From positions 29,573,841-29,610,857 of the forward strand of contig NC_068993.1 in the NCBI RefSeq assembly GCF_001194135.2: 37,017 nt of DNA. The letters run 5' to 3'. The notes below the pieces were generated by a model. It was not told where the DNA came from. It searched no databases and saw nothing but the letters and a program-made list of their open reading frames with translations. A program made the position numbers and the translations under genes. Position 1 is the stretch's first letter; each line of letters starts with the position of its first letter. Source of the stretch: Octopus bimaculoides (Eukaryota). Below are positions 11,811 through 23,590 of the stretch, in pieces.

Positions 11811-12535
11811 TTCTAGAATCAAAGGGCCTTAGAATTAATTCAGCAAAAACCAAAGTCTAAGTACGTAGGAAAGTGGACAAATCATAAATCCCTTCAGGTA
11901 GATGGCCCTGATCAATATGTAGAAAATGCATAGGTAGAAACTCCATAAGATGTACCTGATGTAAGCTATGGACACATAAGAAGTGCAGCAATATCAGAGG
12001 AAGTTAACAGGGAAGACAGTTTTTGTGTGTAGAAGGTACACAGGTACTACTTTAAAAATGTACAGAAAATAGACTCCACCAAATGCCAGGAGATAAGCTA
12101 GAAGTAGATGATAGCTTCTATTATCTAGGTGACCAAGTCAGTAGTGGTGGTGGATGCTCTGAGAGCATAGCTGCTAGAATAAGAATAGTCTGGACAAAGT
12201 TCAGAGAGCTCCTACCTGTGTTGGTAACTAAGGGCCTCTCCCTTAGAGTGAAAGGTAGACTTTATGATGCCTGTGTGCTTTTAAGTAAGGCAGCAAATTG
12301 ACAGAGCAATTAAAATTAGATTAAGTACTTCATGGATATTCATCCTGGCTCTTGTGCTCTGAATTAAAACTTGATGAGCCCAAATATGTCTTCCATCCTA
12401 TGTTAAGCATAGGTTTGAAAGAACTGAAGCTAGTATGTCGATGTGCATGTACAACAGAGTGTAAGCATCTTGAGAGAAAAGTTGGGTATAAGAGGCATCA
12501 GATGTGGTGTGCAAGAGAGACGAATATGCTGATAT
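11811..12535 (+). mobile_element. RTE-clade LINE internal fragment interrupted by a 124-bp foreign segment
   Basis: LESKGLR, GRWP, KLWTHKKC, SFYYLGDQVSSGGGCSE and GLSLRVKGRLYDAC align with the copies at 9773 and 23590. Confidence 0.87.
12276..12399 (+). repeat. 124-bp degenerate SINE-derived segment duplicated at 14365-14489
   Basis: Manual alignment gives 4 substitutions and one 1-bp indel between the two copies. Confidence 0.9.
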
Positions 12536-13479
12536 AGTCCTGCTCATTTCAGTGAAACAGTTCTTGAAATACTGTGTTCCGCCTACATGTAACAATAGAA
12601 TTTTTCCCACACCCTACCTCATTAAACCAAACTATATCTTCTCTTCTCTTCCTCACATTTCCCCTTTTTTATGCACTATGCTTATGCTTATCTCTCACTC
12701 CCCAATCTTGTCCTCACTATCCTGCCCACTGTATCACTATTATCCTGTTGTTCCTACCTCCTGTATATACCCAGGTTCCACCAGTCACTGCATTCACTCC
12801 ACTCCAGGTACTTCACCACCATCTCTGGCTCACTCTCTCTCACTCTTCTCTCTCTTGCGCTCTCATTTTCTTGCACTCTCTCTCATTCTTAATTATTCTG
12901 TCTCTCTCTTTCTCTCTCCTTCTGACTGGGTAACCATGTATCTTCCCAACAACAAGATACCTGTTTCTATCCCTCTGTCATACTCTAACCTCTCATCACC
13001 TGGCACAAGGCCACCTCCTCCAATTCCCCACCCCCTCTTACAAATTACTGGGTGACCCTACCAGTGCTGGTACCTTGTGAAAAGAATCCAGTCCACACTA
13101 AAAAGGTCATCCAGCTGTAAAAATCATGCCAGGAATGTGTCTAATATATAAATTGGTCTATCCAATAACGTTACACTGCTAAACTTAGCTAGCGGCTATT
13201 TAAACGGTGTGTTTGTGGACATGGTACCAAAGAAGGAGCAATAACTCTTAAAATATGCATATATACCCATTACCTATTTTTGTCTCTTCAATCACATTGT
13301 TTACATACATGTCATTGTATACAAAACATCATAACTTTCTATAGATTATCTGTAGAGATAACTTGAAAGTGATATACACATATATGTTATCATCATTTCA
13401 TCATTTAACATTCACGTTCTATTCTGCATCTCTGTGTGTGAATGTGTGTAAGGATATATTTTTATGTATTTGCATTTGT

Positions 13480-13672
13480 CCCTCACCTCTTGAGAATTGG
13501 TGTAGATTTGTTTACATCTCCATAACTTAATAGTTGATAGCATAAACCAGACTTAATGGAATAAACACCAGACTGGAGTTGGTTTGATTGGCTGAAAACC
13601 CTTCAAAGTAGTGCCCCAACATGACTGCAGTTCAGTAATTGAAACAAGTAAAAGAAAAGAATAAAAGAATGA
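13480..13672 (+). mobile_element. Old 3' fragment of the SINE family seen at 23088-23462
   Basis: catgactgcagttcagtaattgaaacaagtaaaaga matches the reverse complement of 23090-23130; AAAAGA-type tail. Confidence 0.55.
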
Positions 13673-14178
13673 ATTTAGAAAGGGAAAATTCTGTGAAGAG
13701 TATATAAGTGATTTGATACCATTTAAGGGTAATGATGACAGTGGGAACTGCCAGAACTAAATTATGAAGGAATGAGATGTTCAAAACTAAATGTTAATCT
13801 TCCTTGAATCACAAGGATATATAAAGCCAATGTTTATCTCACATAAGTGTTGGACTTTTCCTGAATAGCACAAAATTAGTATTTCACAGAGGACATTCAT
13901 CAACTACACAGTGCTACCATTGTTTACATCATTGGATTTGGTTGTTGAACGTATCTTTCTTTTTTAAAGATAGTTAAGCACAATTTAGGAGAAATTTGGC
14001 TGCTTTTTCTTGCAGAACAAGCAACTACATAGAGGTTTCAACATTGTAGAACTGAAGGGTAGAGTTCCTGCCTGCTTTAGTTTTATTCTTCAACATGTTT
14101 TTAAAAAATACCTGCACCCCACCCTTTTTTCCTTTTTTTTTTTTACTTGTAATTGATGTATTTCTGAAAATATTCCAG

Positions 14179-14281
14179 GAATATAAGAGAAAATCACAGA
14201 GTTTTGGACCCTCGCAAAGGACCGATGAAAAAAACAGTTGGCATTCGAACTTTGCCTAGTTTGGACCAAGATGGTGACTAG
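14179..14281 (+). CDS. Weak candidate exon of an unidentified host gene (NIRENHRVLDPRKGPMKKTVGIRTLPSLDQDGD*)
   Basis: T-rich tract then ...ttccag acceptor (14178). Open frame to TAG 14279-14281, AATAAA at 14296, alternative donor G|GTGACT at 14273/14274. Not similar to any repeat in the window; I recognise no homolog. Confidence 0.22.
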
Positions 14282-14364
14282 AGAACTTTATGTGGAATAA
14301 ACAAATAGTAAAAAACAACAATCTATATAAAAGGTAATAATGTCTGAATATTTTTCATCTATGT

Positions 14365-14680
14365 TGCTTTTAAGTAAGGCAGCAAATTGACAGAGCTGTT
14401 AAAATTAGATTAAGTACTTCATGGATATTCATTCTGGCTCTTGTGCTCTGAATTAAAATCTTGGTGAGCCCAAATATGTCTTCCATCCTGAAAAGATGAA
14501 AGACAGACTAGGGCAATAGATTGGCAACTACTACTACTATAATTGTTAGTACACTGGGTGACATGCTTAGTGGCATTTTGCCGGTCTCCACATTTTGTGC
14601 TCAAATTCCACCAAGGTCAACTTTGTCTTTCATCTTTTCAGGGTTGATAAGATAAGTATCAGTCAACACTGGGGTTGAAA
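14365..14680 (+). mobile_element. Two degenerate tRNA-derived SINE fragments of the family seen at 28680-29563
   Basis: ctcaaattccaccaaggtcaactttgtctttcatcttttcagggttgataagataagtatcagt matches the reverse complement of 29420-29500. Confidence 0.6.
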
Positions 14681-14839
14681 TTGCTTGCTTTGTGCAAAGA
14701 TAATGGCTGAAGCTTAAATTCATGCAGATGTTTGCAGAATTTCAATGGCACTTTGCTAAACTGTATGTGGTGTGCAGTTGGTTGGAGATGAGGTGGAACT
14801 AGGATGTGAAAGATACAAATCTTATGTGGTCAGTAGGTA

Positions 14840-16240
14840 ATAGTGTCAAACATCTTGGAAATCAAGGTAATTGGCACTACTCTATCAGAGTGTGAAGTGG
14901 TGATAGGAGAAAAAATTAACCAGAAGTCAGTGGGCCTGCAGCTTGGCACTCAACAGTGTTGTGAGGTGCTGGGCAGAACTGGTTAAATTGCTCAGGATCT
15001 GGTTTGGTTCAGACCTTCAGGTGGACAAGAACTTGTGGGAGGTGATGAGAAGGGTTGCCAGTCTCACCAAGAAATTAGGCATGAGGAAGATGTCCCTGAA
15101 ACGCTGGGCAGAGGTAGTGAATGCATATCACCTCCATCATCAACTACCACCTGAGCATTGTCCCTTGCCCAGTTCCACTGCTGATCAAGCTGGTGCACTA
15201 CTCTTCTGCTTTCTGTAACAGGAACAGGTCCTGCTTGTCAGACAGACTATTTTCTGTCAGTAGCTGCTACATTGAGGACTAGACATGCCATGGCTAATGA
15301 TATGCAGACATGTGCTCAAGTTGCAACATTTCCAGCATTTCCCTGATTGTAAGTAGGTGTTGTCACCATTTGTGAAACAGAATTTTCCACATCCTGTCTC
15401 ATTGATGCTCATTCAGTCTCAGATCAAGTATGGACTGAAACAAGGCACATGCTACCTGAAGTGTCACCAAATGCTCACAGCTGTCTGCCAGTTGGTCAAT
15501 GCAGTCAATGGTGTTCTATAGATTAGTGGCAAGCAACAGGAATTACATCCAATGGAAATCTCTGAGCATCAGCAGAAATCAATTTGGTTGTCTTTTCTAG
15601 AGGAAAACATCTGTTCATCTGCAGACCTGACCAAAATGTACGCAGAGTGACAAAACTGTTCTGCTTACACTTATCCAATGTACAGGCATTGTTGACTTGT
15701 AGAACTTTGTCGAACAGCTGTTGTCACATGCAGGGTAGATCTGGCTGATGGCCAAATCCATTGTGAGGATCACCTTCTCCTTCTTTTGGACAGGAAGGTT
15801 ACTCAGTTTTCTTTCTTTTTGGTGGTTCTGGTGAAAGAGTTAGTGTGGTGAACAAGGTTGAAAAGACTGAAGACATACTTTCCTCTCATCAACTTTTTCA
15901 AGTGCCATTTCAAAAGGGGGGTAAGGGTAGAGATGGAAGGGTAGTGAATGCAACAAGGATGGCCTGTGTGGATAGACATATTCTGATCATGTACCTGTAG
16001 ACAAGAGAAAATGAAGATAAGTGCCTGTCTAAAGTGTCCTTGGCAATCAGGGTATCCAGTATATGTGGGAATCCTTGGTTGCTCCCAGGCAAAACTCCCC
16101 ACTTTTGGAGATTTTTCATTCTTTAATATTTTGTTAACTATTATTGTTTTGCTGTTTACATGTTCTACATTCAAAACCCCACTGTCTTTTGTTTTGTATC
16201 ATCCTTTTTGTTTTGTGTGGCCCTTGTGGCCAATAAAGAA
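14840..16240 (+). mobile_element. Tx1/L1-clade LINE 3' fragment
   Basis: VKLLRIWFGSDLQVDKNLWEV and KMSLKRWAEVVNAY match ORF2 of the 29656-35425 element. Ends ccaataaagaaa followed by degenerate (TTA)n, the same terminus as that element. Confidence 0.8.
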
Positions 16241-16269
16241 AGTATTATTGTTATGTTATTCTTATTATC

Positions 16270-18730
16270 ATTAATAAATTCTTTCAGATTTGTTTCCATT
16301 TCTTGCCATGTATCTTCCCAACACCTGGGGCAAAGAAATTCACTATATACATTGATAGGTAATTAAAATAAACATGCCAGCTTGTTCATTTACAAAGTCA
16401 TGTGGTAGAAAAAAGGGGGAGAAAGAAAGAAACAGGAAAGAAGAAAAAAGTTTTTAAGTAGGGAAAAATATGAAAAGAAGAAAACAAAGAAAATAAAGAG
16501 GAAAGAAGGAAAAAATTCATAGCAACACCACTCTTTTCAATGCATGTGACATACCAGTTAAAACAATCTTTTGCACTTCCTGCATGGATGGTTATCCAGG
16601 GATCATCCTTGAATAATTTTCAGTTCCTTTTTTGATCATTCCAAGTGTTCCTACAATCACTGGTATTGTAACTGTCTTGAGATACCACATTTTTTCGATT
16701 GCAATCAGCAAATCTTTACATTTTCTGAGCTTATCAAATTCTTTTGCCAAAATATTATGATCATAAGGTATGCTCATATCAATCGATAAAGAGATTTTAT
16801 TGTTTTGGTCTTTCACAACAATATCTGGTTTATTTGCTTTGATGGTCTGGTCTGTATGTACTGGGAAGTTCCAAAGTATCATTACATTTTCTCCCTCAGT
16901 TACAGCCTCAGGGTGATGCTTGCACAATTAATCAGAAGTTTTGATTTTATAATGCCAACATATTAACCAATGAAGATATTGGCCAGCTCTGTCATGTCTT
17001 AATTTATACTCTGTAGGTTGCTAAAAATTTACACCAAGAAATTAGTGGTTTACTTTTTTGGGTCAACTAAGATAAAGCCTTCACTCTATGCCTTTGGCCC
17101 TGAGCTCTGTAGCCACTGTTGGGTGTGCTTCTGGTTTATATCAGCTTGTTTACTACAGGCCATATATTTGCCATGCAGAGGTTTTTGTTTCTACCTATTA
17201 GCCAACCATTCAAATGCTTTTTCTTCTGCCATTGATTTCACCTTCTTTGCAACAACAGTTGCACTTCCATCATGCTTTTCAACCTGGGTATTATGCATGA
17301 ACTCACTAACAGATTTTTTGTTCTCCTTCAAGACAGAATGAAGCTTTTTACGTCTCTCTTTTCAACAAGTTTTAGCATCCAACCATTAGGTATTTCAAGA
17401 TATTTAGCCAGTCCAGTTGTGGTGGTTTTGTAAGAGATTTCAAATTGGATCAAGCCTTGACCTCCTTGAGCTCTGAGTAGGTAAAGACAATCTGCATCTG
17501 CATCTGCTTTGGGTGATGTATCTTATTGCAAGTCAGCAGCTTACGGATTTGTCTGTCAGTTTTCTTTATTTCACTGATATTCCAGTTCAACATATTGAAA
17601 CTATAAATAACAACTGGAACTGTTAAGGAATTTATGGCTAACATCTTGTTACATGCATTTAACTAAAATTTCAGGACTACTCTCACTTTCCTGTAACATT
17701 CATTTCTGATCTCTTTCATGCTTGCCAGAGCCCTCATTTATTCCAAGGAATTTGTAAATTTGTTCCTGCTCAAGTTCTTTTATAACTGTCAACATCCAAC
17801 ACCACTGAATGTGAGGTCTTCAAAACCAAATTCCATCCCGATGTCATCACTGAATGCTTTCACAGTATGTAATAGGCCTTCAAGCTCATTATCATGTTGG
17901 CTATAGAGATTTAAGCCATCCTTAAAAAGATAGATGGCTTATTTTCTTGTAGTCAATTTTATACCTACACCTGTTCTGTTAGCTTCACTTGTAAGGTGTA
18001 TTAGGGCTATGCAAAAAATTAAAGGTGAAAGTGAGTCACCTTGGAAAATTCCACAGTTGATATCAATATTGTTTGAAGTCAGTACTCCATTAGAATGGTA
18101 TAATTGAAGGTTCATATTACACACTGACATGTGCTTTAGGAAGTTTTAAATCACAGGAGAAATTTTGAAGACATCCAGTGATTTCAAGATCCATAAATGT
18201 GGTATGCTGTCAAAGGCCTTTTTATAATCAATTCATGCGGGACTGAGAATTCTGCGTTTGTTATGACAGATCTCAAGGATCATGCGATTGATGAGGAGTT
18301 GATGTCTGCATCCATATGAGCCTTGTTGGTACCCTTTTTGTTCAGTGGAGAAAATATTCTGTTCCATAAATGCATATGTTCTCTCCATGAGTATGGATGT
18401 TAAAATCTTATACATGGCAGACGGACAGGTTATGGGCCAATACTTTTGGAAAAATTTGGTTTCATTGTTTTCTGGAAGTAGGTAAGTAATACCACTTGCT
18501 AACCAATCAGATGTTTTCTTAGGATCTCTCATAGTTTTAATGAATAGCTGAACTAACGTTTTGTGTGTGCATGGGAACCATGCAAGCCAGAAATGTGGTC
18601 TTTACCAGGGAATTTTCATTGTATGTTATCCTTACGTCTGCTATTGTGATGTCTTCTCATGCTTGTTCTGGTAAGCTCTGTGCATCTAATCTAATCTGCA
18701 TTTTCATTGAATGTCTTTTCATCGCTCCAA
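16270..18730 (-). mobile_element. R4/Dong-like RLE LINE, 5'-truncated (RT, RLE, 3' UTR)
   Basis: WLASGITYLLP, YWPITC, EQKG..GSYGC..QLLIN, KKAFDSIPH, CGIFQGDSLSPLIF, ANKPDIVVKD..IDMSIP, IPVIVGTLG, QEVQKIVLTG. (TAA)n-type tract at the 3' end and (ATT)n at 18733-18762. Confidence 0.9.
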
Positions 18731-18731
18731 A

Positions 18732-18762
<31 letters not shown>

Positions 18763-18764
<2 letters not shown>

Positions 18765-18970
18765 AATTAAAAGAAGAGTGCCATTTGCTATCTTGTGAAC
18801 AATATTTCGACATCTTGCGTGTCTTCCACTGGTTCAAAAAATAAATTTGTCAATCTACTTCATTTGGTTAATATAGAAAGGATTGAGGTAACTCCTCCTG
18901 AAGATATAGTCAAAATTAAAAGAAGAGTGCCATTTGCTATCTTGTGAACAATATTTCGACATCTTGCGTG
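18763..18970 (+). repeat. Identical 59-bp direct repeat (18763-18821 and 18912-18970), the second copy ending at a gap
   Basis: Direct comparison shows no differences; period 149 bp. Confidence 0.9.
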
Positions 18971-19228
18971 NNNNNNNNNNNNNNNNNNNNNNNNNNNNNN
19001 NNNNNNNNNNNNNNNNNNNNNNNNNNNNNNNNNNNNNNNNNNNNNNNNNNNNNNNNNNNNNNNNNNNNNNNNNNNNNNNNNNNNNNNNNNNNNNNNNNNN
19101 NNNNNNNNNNNNNNNNNNNNNNNNNNNNNNNNNNNNNNNNNNNNNNNNNNNNNNNNNNNNNNNNNNNNNNNNNNNNNNNNNNNNNNNNNNNNNNNNNNNN
19201 NNNNNNNNNNNNNNNNNNNNNNNNNNNN

Positions 19229-19293
<65 letters not shown>

Positions 19294-19958
19294 TAGTTTT
19301 ATTTTTTATAATGTGCTTTCACTTCGCTACCAAGCACAGCTCTGCATGCCTTGGGTATGTGCTGTGGTTTGCTGTAATACTCTTATAGTTACTGTATTGA
19401 ATGTGTTTTGCATAGGATGTGTGCAGTGCCCAGTAGTGCAATTTTCTGTATTTTATATATACTTGTAAGTCCTGGTGTTTTTGTTATGTATTTGTCTGAA
19501 TATTTTTTTACTATGATAGGAATAGTATCTGGTTTTAGATTCTACATTCGAGTTACCTCTATTTCCAGGTCGTTCTATTTTGAAAGTTTCTCTATTTCTT
19601 TTAGAGAAATGTCATCAATTAGAAAGCATTTTCTTTTCTTCATGATCTCTGACAACTATATCTGGCCTATTGGCCTTAATTTCTCTATCTGTGTGTATTG
19701 GCATATCCCAGAGTATGGTTGCTTTTCTCGTTTTCTGGTGTGTGCCTATACCATCTTTTTTCTGTTGTTATTCCATAGTGTTGGCATAGCTTCCAGTGTA
19801 TATAGGTCCCAGCTCTGTCGTGTCTGTGAATATATTCCTTCTTAGCCAGGACTGGGCAGCCAGATATAATATGATTTATTGTTTCTTGTCTATCTCCACA
19901 TATTCTACAGTTACTTGTTATGTTTCTTTTCATTATATGTTTTTGGTAATTTCTGGTG
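19229..19958 (-). mobile_element. R4/Dong-like LINE 3' end with (TAA)n tail (19229-19290)
   Basis: CRICGDRQETINHIISGCP, RHDRAG and QKIALLGTAHIL; 3' UTR ending aaaactactg + (AAT)n. Confidence 0.9.
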
Positions 19959-20958
19959 NNNNNNNNNNNNNNNNNNNNNNNNNNNNNNNNNNNNNNNNNN
20001 NNNNNNNNNNNNNNNNNNNNNNNNNNNNNNNNNNNNNNNNNNNNNNNNNNNNNNNNNNNNNNNNNNNNNNNNNNNNNNNNNNNNNNNNNNNNNNNNNNNN
20101 NNNNNNNNNNNNNNNNNNNNNNNNNNNNNNNNNNNNNNNNNNNNNNNNNNNNNNNNNNNNNNNNNNNNNNNNNNNNNNNNNNNNNNNNNNNNNNNNNNNN
20201 NNNNNNNNNNNNNNNNNNNNNNNNNNNNNNNNNNNNNNNNNNNNNNNNNNNNNNNNNNNNNNNNNNNNNNNNNNNNNNNNNNNNNNNNNNNNNNNNNNNN
20301 NNNNNNNNNNNNNNNNNNNNNNNNNNNNNNNNNNNNNNNNNNNNNNNNNNNNNNNNNNNNNNNNNNNNNNNNNNNNNNNNNNNNNNNNNNNNNNNNNNNN
20401 NNNNNNNNNNNNNNNNNNNNNNNNNNNNNNNNNNNNNNNNNNNNNNNNNNNNNNNNNNNNNNNNNNNNNNNNNNNNNNNNNNNNNNNNNNNNNNNNNNNN
20501 NNNNNNNNNNNNNNNNNNNNNNNNNNNNNNNNNNNNNNNNNNNNNNNNNNNNNNNNNNNNNNNNNNNNNNNNNNNNNNNNNNNNNNNNNNNNNNNNNNNN
20601 NNNNNNNNNNNNNNNNNNNNNNNNNNNNNNNNNNNNNNNNNNNNNNNNNNNNNNNNNNNNNNNNNNNNNNNNNNNNNNNNNNNNNNNNNNNNNNNNNNNN
20701 NNNNNNNNNNNNNNNNNNNNNNNNNNNNNNNNNNNNNNNNNNNNNNNNNNNNNNNNNNNNNNNNNNNNNNNNNNNNNNNNNNNNNNNNNNNNNNNNNNNN
20801 NNNNNNNNNNNNNNNNNNNNNNNNNNNNNNNNNNNNNNNNNNNNNNNNNNNNNNNNNNNNNNNNNNNNNNNNNNNNNNNNNNNNNNNNNNNNNNNNNNNN
20901 NNNNNNNNNNNNNNNNNNNNNNNNNNNNNNNNNNNNNNNNNNNNNNNNNNNNNNNNNN

Positions 20959-21063
20959 GTTGCTACTCTTAACTAGTTTTACTCTTTTCAGGGTTGCTTT
21001 GGCACATTTTTATAATCCAAATTTCATATCTATTTCTTTGGTAAATCCATGTATTGTCTGTAG
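20959..21063 (-). mobile_element. Short R4/Dong-like RT fragment
   Basis: TIHGFTKEIDMKFGL*KCAKATL. Confidence 0.6.
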
Positions 21064-21129
<66 letters not shown>

Positions 21130-21141
21130 GTTATTATTATT

Positions 21142-21631
21142 TAGTAGAGAGCAGTGCATGCCATCAAAGTGACACTGGGGTACAACTATAGGAAACCCAG
21201 TATACCCATCATGACTCCCCGTCTGATAAGTGTACACCAGGCACATGCATCACAACTATAAGGGTGTGACATAGTGATCTCATATCAAGATAAACAGCAC
21301 ATGACCTTGCAGGTGGGGCCCAGTTAGAATTTTCTTCCAGTCAAGTAGCCCATTCTCCTCAAAAGGTCCCTGAATAAGGGTTGTTTAAGGATGTTGAAAG
21401 AAACACCCATGTTTCCAGAGGTGAATTATTCAAACCCCAAAGAATTCCTCTCAACACATGGCTATGATGCTACCCCACTAATTCTGCTTGTAATCAGAGA
21501 TGCACATATCGTCAGCCACTAAGAGACATACTCAACTGGCTAAGGTCAAACAACTGACAAGCATATCTGTGGAATTGAGGAGAATATTTGCTATTGCCCA
21601 TCTCTTATACCAAGATCAGAAGCTATGAAAG
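21142..21631 (-). mobile_element. Unclassified ~500-bp non-coding interspersed repeat, copy 1, next to (TTA)n 21064-21140
   Basis: Aligns end to end with 21784-22307; both start after a (TTA)n tract. Strand is inferred from the tract being an (AAT)n tail. Confidence 0.75.
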
Positions 21632-21716
21632 CTGCTCTCATGGCTTCTGATTTTAACTGATTGGAAGTATTATCATGTACATATTTTGTCTTGGTATAAA
21701 AGATGGGCTACAGTAA

Positions 21717-21772
<56 letters not shown>

Positions 21773-21783
21773 GTTATTATTAT

Positions 21784-22307
21784 TGAGTGAGAGAGCAGAG
21801 CATGCCATCAAAGTGACATTGGGGTAAAATATACGAAGCCCAATATACCCATCACGACTACCCGTCTGATAAGGGTACACCAGGCACATGCATCACAACC
21901 ATATGTGCGTGAGATGGTGATCTCATATCAAGATAAACAGCGCATAACCTTGTAGGTGGGGCCCAGTTAGAATTTTCTTCGGGTCGAGTAGCCCATTCCG
22001 CTCAAAGGTCCCTGAATAAGGTTTGTTTAAGGGTGTTGAGCAAAACATCCATGTTTCCAAAGGTGAATTATTCAAACCCCAAAGAATTCCTCTCAACACA
22101 TAACTATGATGCTCCCCAACTACTTCTGCTGATGATCAGAGATGCACTTATCGTCAGCCACCAAGGGACATGCTCAACTGATTAAGGTCAAACAACTGAC
22201 AAGCAAATCTGTGGTATTGAGCAGAATATTTGCTGTAGCCCATCTTTTACACCAAGACAAAACAATGTACATGATAAGACTTCCAATCAATTCAGATCAG
22301 AAGCCAT
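21784..22307 (-). mobile_element. Unclassified ~520-bp interspersed repeat, copy 2, next to (TTA)n 21716-21783
   Basis: Shares catgccatcaaagtgaca..., gggcccagttagaattttctt and gaattattcaaaccccaaagaattcctctcaacaca with copy 1. Confidence 0.75.
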
Positions 22308-22312
22308 CCGGG

Positions 22313-22316
<4 letters not shown>

Positions 22317-22349
<33 letters not shown>

Positions 22350-22550
22350 GTTATTATTATTATTTTCATTATCATCTCTTTTCAATTCTCTTTTCATTTC
22401 TTACCAAGTGTCTTCCTGACACCTAGGGCAGAGAAGCATACTGTATACATTGGTATACATTATAATAAACTATACATTTCCATTTCTTACCAAATTGTAT
22501 ACATTAAAATAAACACAGCAGATTATTCATTTACAAACTCTTGTGATAAA
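22317..22550 (-). mobile_element. (TTA)n tract plus isolated Dong-like 3' UTR
   Basis: catttcttaccaagtgtcttcctgacacctagggcagagaag and ttaaaataaacacagcagattattcatttacaaa resemble 16295-16400, the tail region of the Dong-like element. Confidence 0.55.
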
Positions 22551-22820
22551 GAAAAGTCTGCAAGAGGGTGTCATAAAATCGGTCTTTCTGTTCATCAGGT
22601 AGCCCTGGCTGAGGGGCATAAGCGGAGATGATGGTTGCTAAACCCTGTTGCAGCACTAATCTAAACTTAAGTATTCTATCACAGACTCTGACTACCTTGA
22701 TTACCTTAACCCATTTCTCTGCAAGAAGTATACCCATACCCCCAACCCTGTCAGTGTTCCCTGCCCAGAAAATCTCATACCGCTGTTCCTTTGCCTGTGA
22801 GGAACCTAGCAGAACTTCCT
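22545..22820 (-). mobile_element. RTE-clade APE endonuclease fragment
   Basis: GILLAEKWV..VRVCDRIL..TIISAYAPQPGLPDEQKDRFYDTL. Confidence 0.82.
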
Positions 22821-22834
22821 CTCTATCTTACTTC

Positions 22835-23590
22835 TTGGACTCTGGGTGTAAGGTTTTAGCACCTGTAGAGTACAAACCAAAACATGACAGAGTTGGCCAA
22901 TATCTACATTGGATAATGTGTCAGCATAATAAAATCAAAACTTCTAAGAGATGGTACAGGCACCACCCTGAGGTTGTAACTAACAGAGAAAATGTAATGA
23001 TTCTTTGGGACTTTCCAGTACATACAGACCAGACCATCAAAGCAAATAAACAAGATATTGTTGTGAAAGACCAAAACAATAAAGTCTTTCTACTCTTTTA
23101 CTTGTTTCAGTCATTTGACTGTGGCCATGCTGGAGCACTGCCTTTAGTCAAGCAAATCAACCCCAGAACTTATTCTTTGTAAGCCTAGTACTTATTCTAT
23201 CGGTCTCTTTTTGCCGAACCACTAAGTTACGGGAACGTAAATGCACCAGCATCGGTTGTCAAGCGATGTTGGTGGGACAAACACAAACACACTAACATAT
23301 ACACAAACATACATATATATGATGGGTTTCTTTCAGTTTCCGTCTACCAAATCCACTCACAAGGCTTTGGTCAGCCTGAGGCTATTGTAGAAGACACTTG
23401 CCCAAGGTGCCACGCGGTGGGACTGAACCTGGAACCATGGGATTGGTAAGCACAGCCACTCCTATGCTTGTTTATTGATTTAGTTTGTTTATTAATTGAC
23501 GTGAGCATACCCTGTGAGCATAATATCTTGGCAAAAGAATTTGATAAGCTCAGAAAATATAAAGATGTGTTAATCGAAATCGAAATCGAG
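22835..23590 (+). mobile_element. R4/Dong-like RLE fragment interrupted by a SINE
   Basis: CKVLAPVEYKPKHDRVG, ILWDFPVHTDQTIKANKQDIVVKD; resumes after the SINE as CLLIDVSIPCEHNILAKEFDKLRKYKD. Confidence 0.87.
23088..23462 (-). mobile_element. tRNA-derived SINE inserted in the Dong-like fragment
   Basis: Minus-strand head ...ggttccaggttcagtccc (B-box-like) followed by gcaccttgggcaagtgtc, central CA/TA repeat, tail gaaacaagtaaaagag. It splits a continuous RLE reading. Confidence 0.78.

Noticed and set aside
12504-13055. 183-aa and overlapping ORFs
   Set aside because: CT-rich low-complexity sequence after an RTE fragment; no recognisable motif or splice structure.
13890-13950. Possible 61-nt exon (ag|AGGACATT...GAAC|gt)
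   Set aside because: Its phase is incompatible with the candidate exon at 14179 and I recognise no peptide; likely chance AG/GT.
23420-23462. tRNA gene suggested by B-box-like motifs (also 29490-29560)
   Set aside because: No cloverleaf can be built; the motifs are heads of repeated SINE bodies.
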